Origin: Escherichia phage Qbeta
Sequence record: NC_001890.1
DNA: 4,215 nt
Reading direction: 5' to 3' (one strand)
Numbering within the stretch: the first letter of the stretch is position 1; each line of letters starts with the position of its first letter. This document shows, one piece after another, positions 1 through 4,215 of this stretch. The notes beneath the pieces are model-generated. The model saw nothing but the letters and a program-made list of their open reading frames with translations. It was not told where the DNA came from and did not search any database. A program made the position numbers and the translations under genes.

Positions 1-55
1 GGGTTCCCCCCGTAGGGGGGTACTCTATGTAGTAGCAACCATTACTGGAGGCAAC
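1..55 (+). other. 5' untranslated leader of an ssRNA phage genome, starting with GGG and containing a 5'-proximal GC hairpin (C6-C11 pairing with G15-G20, loop GTA)
   Basis: Seen directly: the sequence starts gggttccccccgtagggggg, in which CCCCCC and GGGGGG are exact reverse complements separated by 3 nt. Leviviruses characteristically start with GGG and a stable 5' hairpin. The first long ORF starts at 56. Confidence 0.8.
47..51 (+). promoter_or_regulatory. Shine-Dalgarno-like GGAGG for the maturation gene, 4 nt upstream of ATG 56
   Basis: ggagg at 47-51 followed by caac then ATG at 56-58; read directly from the sequence. Confidence 0.6.
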
Positions 56-1321
56 ATGCCACGTTTACCTAGGGCACTTCGTTTCGGACCGAATATGGAG
101 GTCTTAAGCGACTTCCAGGAACTCTGGTATCCAGAGTCCATTATCGATTCCGATGTGAAATACCCTTTGTATACCTTCAGAGGTAGCATCGGTGGATCTT
201 TCTTTGATTCTTACGGCACGAATAATATCGTCCGCGAGATTCGTAGAACGCCTCACTGTGCTACAGTACCTATAGCCAGTTCTGGCTTAAGGCCCTGTAC
301 CTCCGTTTGGTATGACCCAACCAGCTTGCTCTTCAGGATTCCTGAGATGAGGGCTGAGTGGGACAATGGCATGGGTGATGCTGGAGATATCGTCTATAAA
401 GACTTTCTCTTCAGCACCCCGGCACCTAAAGAGTTCGATTTCTCGAATTCCTTAGCGCCACGCTACAGTAATGCCTTCTCCGCTTTTAATGCCAAATATG
501 GCGTTATCATCGGTGAAGGGCACGAAACACTTAAGTATTTCGCGCTGTTACTTCGCAGGCTACATAAAGCAGTCCGTGCCGTTCGGCACGGAGATTTACG
601 TGGTCTCCGGAAAATCCTCGACTCTTATAATAAGGGTCGTTGGAAGCCTGCTACTGCTGGTAATCTCTGGCTCGAGTTTAGGTACGGTTTAACTCCGCTC
701 TTCCATGACATTAAAAGTGTTATGGATGATTGGAACCGTATTAACGACAAGATCCAGAAACTTCGCCGTTTCTCTGTTGGTCACGGTGAGGATTTCAAGC
801 TATCAATAGATGGTTTGTATCCTGGCCTAACCCACTTCAGGTTATCCGGCGAGATTACCGTCCAGCGCCGTCATCGGTGGGGTATAACCTACGCTAATCG
901 CGAAGGTTACGCCACATTCGACAACGGTTCCATTCGGCCCGTGTCCGACTGGAAGGAACTCGCTAACGCGTTTATCAACCCTGGCGAAGTTGCATGGGAA
1001 TTAACACCATACAGCTTCATCGTGGATTGGTTTATCAACGTTGGCGATATTATTGAGCAGCAGAAGCAATGGTATCAGAATATTGACATTGTCGACGGTT
1101 ACCAGCGTCGCGATATACGCATGCGTTCCGTCTCTCTTAAAGGAGTACGGAATGGCATACCTGTACGCGTTACTGGATCAGTCGAACTTGTTGATTCCTT
1201 TTACAATCGCTCTCATACTACTCGTATCCCGCAAGCCACACTAGCAATCGATACGTCCTTCTCGAGTATTAAACACGTGATGGACAGTATTTCTCTTATA
1301 ACTCAGCGCATAAAACGCTGA
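56..1321 (+). CDS. A2: Maturation (A2) protein, 421 aa; in Qbeta-type phages this is the pilus-attachment protein and also the lysis factor
   Basis: First ORF after the 5' leader, ATG at 56 with an upstream GGAGG, TGA stop at 1319-1321. The length is that expected for an allolevivirus A2 (about 420 aa). The N-terminal MPRLPRALRFG, internal blocks such as RRTPH..TVPIASSGLRP, KEFDFSNSL, NAFSAFNAKYG, KPATAGNLWLEFRYGL, and the C-terminal LITQRIKR closely match my recollection of Qbeta A2. The gene position is the canonical one. Confidence 0.95.
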   Translation: MPRLPRALRFGPNMEVLSDFQELWYPESIIDSDVKYPLYTFRGSIGGSFFDSYGTNNIVREIRRTPHCATVPIASSGLRPCTSVWYDPTSLLFRIPEMRAEWDNGMGDAGDIVYKDFLFSTPAPKEFDFSNSLAPRYSNAFSAFNAKYGVIIGEGHETLKYFALLLRRLHKAVRAVRHGDLRGLRKILDSYNKGRWKPATAGNLWLEFRYGLTPLFHDIKSVMDDWNRINDKIQKLRRFSVGHGEDFKLSIDGLYPGLTHFRLSGEITVQRRHRWGITYANREGYATFDNGSIRPVSDWKELANAFINPGEVAWELTPYSFIVDWFINVGDIIEQQKQWYQNIDIVDGYQRRDIRMRSVSLKGVRNGIPVRVTGSVELVDSFYNRSHTTRIPQATLAIDTSFSSIKHVMDSISLITQRIKR

Positions 1322-1342
1322 CCACATTGGGTCAATTCGATC

Positions 1343-1744
1343 ATGGCTAAATTACAAGCTATCACTTTAAGTGGTATTGGGAAGAACGGTGACGTTACTC
1401 TGAACCTCAACCCGCGTGGGGTAAATCCCACCAACGGTGTTGCCGCGCTTTCAGAAGCGGGTGCAGTTCCTGCATTGGAGAAGCGTGTTACAATTTCTGT
1501 ATCACAGCCTTCTCGCAATCGTAAGAACTACAAAGTTCAGGTAAAGATCCAGAACCCAACCTCTTGCACTGCAAGCGGTACTTGTGACCCTTCAGTTACT
1601 CGTTCGGCTTATGCTGACGTGACGTTCTCGTTCACGCAGTACAGCACTGATGAGGAACGTGCACTCGTACGAACAGAGCTTAAAGCCCTGTTGGCGGATC
1701 CAATGCTTATCGATGCTATCGATAACTTGAATCCGGCGTACTGA
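1343..1744 (+). CDS. cp: Major coat protein, 133 aa, ending at a leaky UGA
   Basis: ORF MAKLQAITLSGIGKNGDVTLNLNPRGVNPTNGV...QYSTDEERALVRTELKALLADPMLIDAIDNLNPAY. It is near-identical in length to the Qbeta coat protein as I recall it (MAKLETVTLGNIGKDGKQTLVLNPRGVNPTNGV...NPAY), with several recognisable blocks shared. It is the second gene in the canonical order and terminates at TGA 1742-1744 followed by A. Confidence 0.97.
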   Translation: MAKLQAITLSGIGKNGDVTLNLNPRGVNPTNGVAALSEAGAVPALEKRVTISVSQPSRNRKNYKVQVKIQNPTSCTASGTCDPSVTRSAYADVTFSFTQYSTDEERALVRTELKALLADPMLIDAIDNLNPAY

Positions 1745-2332
1745 ACTGCACTTCTTGGTGATGGCTCAGGGCCTAGCCCTGTACCGGGTCCTAATCCGGA
1801 CCCGCCACTGGAGCCGCCGCCAGGGACAGGTAGTTATACCTGTCCTTTCCGTATATGGGATCTTTCCAGCATTTATGAAGCTGCGAATAGTTCCCACTCG
1901 TGGGATATCTATAACGCTGTCGAACTCAGTCCTCGCAAATTTGACGTTACCCTTGATGACCTCTTGGGTAACACAGATTGGCGCGATTGGGACGGCAGAC
2001 TTAGGTATACCACGTTTCGCGGTAGCCGAGGTAACGGATACATTGACCTTGACGCCACTTCGTTGATGCAGGATGAATATCTTACATCTTCGAAGTATTT
2101 AGTGCGTGAGGGGAAACGTCCCGGTGCTTTCGGTTCAATTGAACGGTTTGTTTATCTTAAATCGATAAACGCATACTGTTCTCTTAGCGATATTACGGCC
2201 TACCACTCCGACGGAGTGGTAGTTGGCTTTTGGCGCGACCCGTCAAGCGGGGGAGCCATACCATTCGACTTTAGCGAGTTTGATTCGAACAAATGTCCGA
2301 TCCAAGCCGTTATTGTCGTTCCTCGTCTTTAG
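1343..2332 (+). CDS. A1: A1 read-through protein (coat plus C-terminal extension, about 329 aa), made by occasional suppression of the coat UGA at 1742-1744; a minor capsid protein needed for infectivity
   Basis: Codon-by-codon reading shows the frame stays open from the coat UGA (1742-1744) to TAG at 2330-2332, followed by an in-frame TAA at 2333-2335 (tandem stops). The 122-aa ORF 1964..2332 in the track is in the same frame (1343 and 1964 are both congruent to 2 mod 3) and is the distal part of this extension. The extension reads TALLGDGSGPSPVPGPNPDPPLEPPPGTGSYTCPF...GNGYIDLDAT...GAFGSIERFVYLKSINAYCSLSDITAYHSDGVVVGFWRDPSSGGAIPFDF...KCPIQAVIVVPRL, which matches the Qbeta A1 extension as I recall it. 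A 329-aa total equals the Qbeta A1 length. Confidence 0.92.
1742..1744 (+). other. Leaky UGA termination codon of the coat gene (programmed read-through site; context UAC-UGA-A)
   Basis: TGA at 1742-1744 followed by A at 1745 and 195 further sense codons in frame. In Qbeta the coat UGA is read as Trp at a low percentage to give A1 (established knowledge). Confidence 0.88.
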
Positions 2333-2338
2333 TAACTA

Positions 2339-2344
2339 AAGGAG
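2339..2344 (+). promoter_or_regulatory. Shine-Dalgarno AAGGAG for the replicase gene, 6 nt upstream of ATG 2351
   Basis: aaggag at 2339-2344, spacer atctgc, ATG 2351-2353; read directly from the sequence. Confidence 0.75.
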
Positions 2345-2346
2345 AT

Positions 2347-2368
2347 CTGCATGTCAAAGACACTGCAG
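2347..2368 (+). promoter_or_regulatory. Putative translational operator hairpin spanning the replicase start codon (coat-protein binding site that represses replicase translation, and likely packaging signal)
   Basis: CTGCAUGUC-AAA-GACACUGCAG folds by eye as a 5-bp lower stem (2347-2351 with 2364-2368), a single unpaired C2363, a 4-bp upper stem (2352-2355 with 2359-2362) and a 3-nt AAA loop, with the replicase AUG (2351-2353) inside the 5' arm. The Qbeta operator (AUGCAUGUCUAAGACAGCAU as I recall it) is also a 3-nt-loop hairpin with one bulge containing the replicase AUG. Confidence 0.75.
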
Positions 2369-4111
2369 TCGCGTAAGTCGCTTAGCGGAAAACTCCGCCG
2401 CGCTGCGAACACAAGAATCGTGGTTGAAGGTAACCTCGCACTGTCTATCGCGAATGATCTATTATCCGCGCTAGATGTAGAACCGTTTAATTCGGAAGAA
2501 GACTGTATAAGTCGTTCACCGAAATTCGGCATCTCACCAGATCAATTTAGGAATTCCTATCTTCGTGCTGAGATAATGTCGAAGTACGATTCTTTTAGCC
2601 TAGGTATTAATACCGAAGCCGTAGCATGGGAAAAGTTCCTAGCTGCGGAGGCTGAGTGTGCTAAGACGAATCTGAGACTCTATAGGCCTAACTACAATGA
2701 GGATTTCAATTTCTCATTGGGTGAGACATGTATTCACATGGCTCGCCGAAAAATAGTTAAGCTATTAGGAGATTCAGTTCCGTTTGAGGCTGTGTTGCGA
2801 CATTGCCGGTTTTCCGGCGGTGCCACAACAACGAATAGCCGTCTATACGGCCATCCGTCCTTCAAGTTTGCTCTTGCGCAAGAGTGTACCCCACGGGCTG
2901 TTCCATATGTGCAAGCTTTAAAGGCCTGTACAAACATGGACCTTGGTATTACCAAGGTTAGCCCTTTCAATAAAGCAGTTACTGTACCAAAGAACAGTAA
3001 AACTGATCGCTGCATCGCTATCGAGCCAGGCTGGAATATGTTTTTCCAGTTGGGCATTGGTGGCGTAATTCGCGAAAAGTTGCACTTGTGGAATATCGAC
3101 CTGAATGATCAGACGATTAACCAGGTGCGCGCATATTCAGGCAGCTGTAGCAATGAACTTGCTACAGTGGATCTCTCGAGCGCGAGTGATACTATTTCGC
3201 TTGCGCTCGTTGAGCTCCTGCTACCCCCTGCGTGGTTTAAAGTCCTTACGGACCTTAGGTCACGAAGGGGTATGTTGCCAGACGGTAGAATCATTACCTA
3301 TGAGAAAATTTCCTCAATGGGTAACGGTTTCACCTTCGAGCTCGAGTCGCTTATATTTGCAGCTCTTGCTCGGTCTTTATGCGAGTTACTGAACTTACAA
3401 CCGTCGAGTGTCACGGTCTATGGCGATGATATTATATTGCCATCAGACGCGTGCAGCTCGTTGATTGAAGTTTTCTCCTACGTAGGTTTTAGAACCAACG
3501 AGAAGAAGACCTTTTTCGACGGGCCGTTCCGAGAGTCGTGCGGAAAGCACTACTTTATGGGCGTTGACGTCACACCTTTCTACATACGCCACCGTATAGT
3601 GAGTCCCTCTGATCTCATACTGGTTTTGAACCAGATGTATCGTTGGGCCACGATTGATGGCGTATGGGATCCTAGGGTATATCCTGTATACACCAAGTAC
3701 AGACGTCTGCTGCCGGATATTCTCCGCAGAAATGTCGTACCTGATGGATATGGTGATGGTGCCCTCGTCGGATCTGTCCTTACCAGTCCTTTCGCAGAAA
3801 ATCGCGGTTGGGTTCGGCGTGTGCCGATGATAATTGACAAGAAGAAAGACCGAGTGCGTGACGAGCGTGGTTCATATCTCTATGAACTATGGTCGTTACA
3901 GCAGCTCGAATGTGACAGTGAGTTCCCGTTCAACGGGTCGCTGGTTGTTGGTACCAACGATGGAGTTTGCACTTACCGACACCGAGAGCGGGTTTCTACC
4001 GCTATCAGTGATTCGGTTGGCGCATACGACATCGTATGGATACCGTGCAGTAGTCGTGTCCTGGCTCCCTACGGGGACTTCCGGAGGCACGAAGGTTCTA
4101 TCCTAAAATAG
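2351..4111 (+). CDS. rep: RNA-dependent RNA polymerase, replicase beta subunit, 586 aa
   Basis: Longest ORF, last in the canonical order, ATG 2351 to TAG 4109-4111. It contains the catalytic YGDD motif (TVYGDDIILPSD; YGDD encoded at 3419-3430) and the other palm-domain blocks recalled from the Qbeta replicase (MSKT...LRRAANTRI, CRFSGGATTTN, PFNKAVTVPKNSKTDRCIAIEPGWNMFFQLGIGG, YEKISSMGNGFTFELESLIFA, FRESCGKHY, CSSRVLAPYG). The length is close to the Qbeta beta subunit (about 589 aa). Confidence 0.97.
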   Translation: MSKTLQSRKSLSGKLRRAANTRIVVEGNLALSIANDLLSALDVEPFNSEEDCISRSPKFGISPDQFRNSYLRAEIMSKYDSFSLGINTEAVAWEKFLAAEAECAKTNLRLYRPNYNEDFNFSLGETCIHMARRKIVKLLGDSVPFEAVLRHCRFSGGATTTNSRLYGHPSFKFALAQECTPRAVPYVQALKACTNMDLGITKVSPFNKAVTVPKNSKTDRCIAIEPGWNMFFQLGIGGVIREKLHLWNIDLNDQTINQVRAYSGSCSNELATVDLSSASDTISLALVELLLPPAWFKVLTDLRSRRGMLPDGRIITYEKISSMGNGFTFELESLIFAALARSLCELLNLQPSSVTVYGDDIILPSDACSSLIEVFSYVGFRTNEKKTFFDGPFRESCGKHYFMGVDVTPFYIRHRIVSPSDLILVLNQMYRWATIDGVWDPRVYPVYTKYRRLLPDILRRNVVPDGYGDGALVGSVLTSPFAENRGWVRRVPMIIDKKKDRVRDERGSYLYELWSLQQLECDSEFPFNGSLVVGTNDGVCTYRHRERVSTAISDSVGAYDIVWIPCSSRVLAPYGDFRRHEGSILK

Positions 4112-4215
4112 GGTAGCACCTGGGAGGGGTGCTATACGCACCCTAGGTTAGCAAACTTAAACTAACCTTCTCGAAAGAGAGAGTTGAGGGCTCTGCTTTG
4201 CCCTCACTCCTCCCA
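4112..4215 (+). other. 3' untranslated region with three predicted hairpins and a single-stranded ...CUCCUCCCA-3' tail (replicase initiation end)
   Basis: Exact inverted repeats read from the sequence: 4114-4120 tagcacc with 4128-4134 ggtgcta (7-bp stem, 7-nt loop); 4145-4151 aggttag with 4162-4168 ctaacct (7-bp stem, A-rich 10-nt loop caaacttaaa); 4185-4190 tgaggg with 4201-4206 ccctca (6-bp stem, 10-nt loop). The window ends in CCCA like leviviral genomes. Confidence 0.8.

Noticed and set aside
6-20. C6/G6 homopolymer runs at the 5' end as a possible sequencing or cloning artefact (G/C tailing)
   Set aside because: The runs are exact complements forming a hairpin immediately after the terminal GGG, as in Qbeta-type genomes, so they are most likely a genuine terminal structure.
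471-1244. Nested plus-strand ORFs 471..692 and 1041..1244 inside the A2 gene
   Set aside because: They are out-of-frame overlaps within a conserved gene, with no ribosome-binding site and low-complexity hydrophobic translations typical of alternate-frame artefacts.
1755-2066. 103-aa ORF in the +1 frame directly after the coat stop, at the position where MS2-type phages carry the L lysis gene
   Set aside because: It lies entirely inside the A1 read-through frame, which is strongly supported by similarity. It has no convincing Shine-Dalgarno sequence and no clear transmembrane segment, and it does not resemble known L proteins as I recall them. Qbeta-type phages lyse via A2 and lack an L gene. 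A lysis assay would be needed to overturn this.
1964-2332. 122-aa ORF in the track, apparently a stand-alone gene
   Set aside because: It is not an independent gene. It is the C-terminal part of the A1 read-through protein: same frame as the coat gene, with no stop between 1745 and 2329.
1303-4090. Minus-strand ORFs (1303..1518, 2329..2532, 2734..3057, 3109..3294, 3580..3840, 3896..4090)
   Set aside because: The genome is a positive-sense ssRNA phage; the minus strand is only a replication intermediate and is not translated. All of these sit antisense to well-supported genes and are short, chance open frames.
3105-4106. Nested plus-strand ORFs 3105..3392 and 3834..4106 inside the replicase gene
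   Set aside because: Same reasoning: alternate-frame ORFs embedded in the polymerase palm and C-terminal region, with no start signals and no recognisable protein similarity.
1-4215. Possibility that the window encodes a novel defence system, CRISPR array, integrative element or toxin-antitoxin pair
   Set aside because: There are no direct repeats with spacers, no integrase or transposase, no tRNA, and no DNA-type promoter/terminator architecture. Every major ORF is accounted for by the four canonical allolevivirus proteins, and the ends are leviviral genome termini.

Overview
This window looks like a complete, end-to-end cDNA copy of a positive-sense ssRNA bacteriophage genome of the Qbeta type (Allolevivirus/Qubevirus, family Leviviridae/Fiersviridae), not a piece of a bacterial chromosome. 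It runs from a 5'-terminal GGG to a 3'-terminal CCCA and carries the canonical plus-strand gene order. The genes are maturation protein A2 (56..1321), coat protein (1343..1744), a coat read-through protein A1 made by suppressing the leaky coat UGA (1343..2332), and the RNA-dependent RNA polymerase beta subunit (2351..4111, with a YGDD motif). The proteins are clearly related to phage Qbeta as I recall it but not identical, so this is probably a distinct Qbeta-group genotype. All minus-strand ORFs and the nested plus-strand ORFs are best explained as chance frames. I see no CRISPR, tRNA, rRNA, transposon or DNA-type promoter/terminator features. All homology statements are from memory and by-eye reading; no search or folding computation was run.
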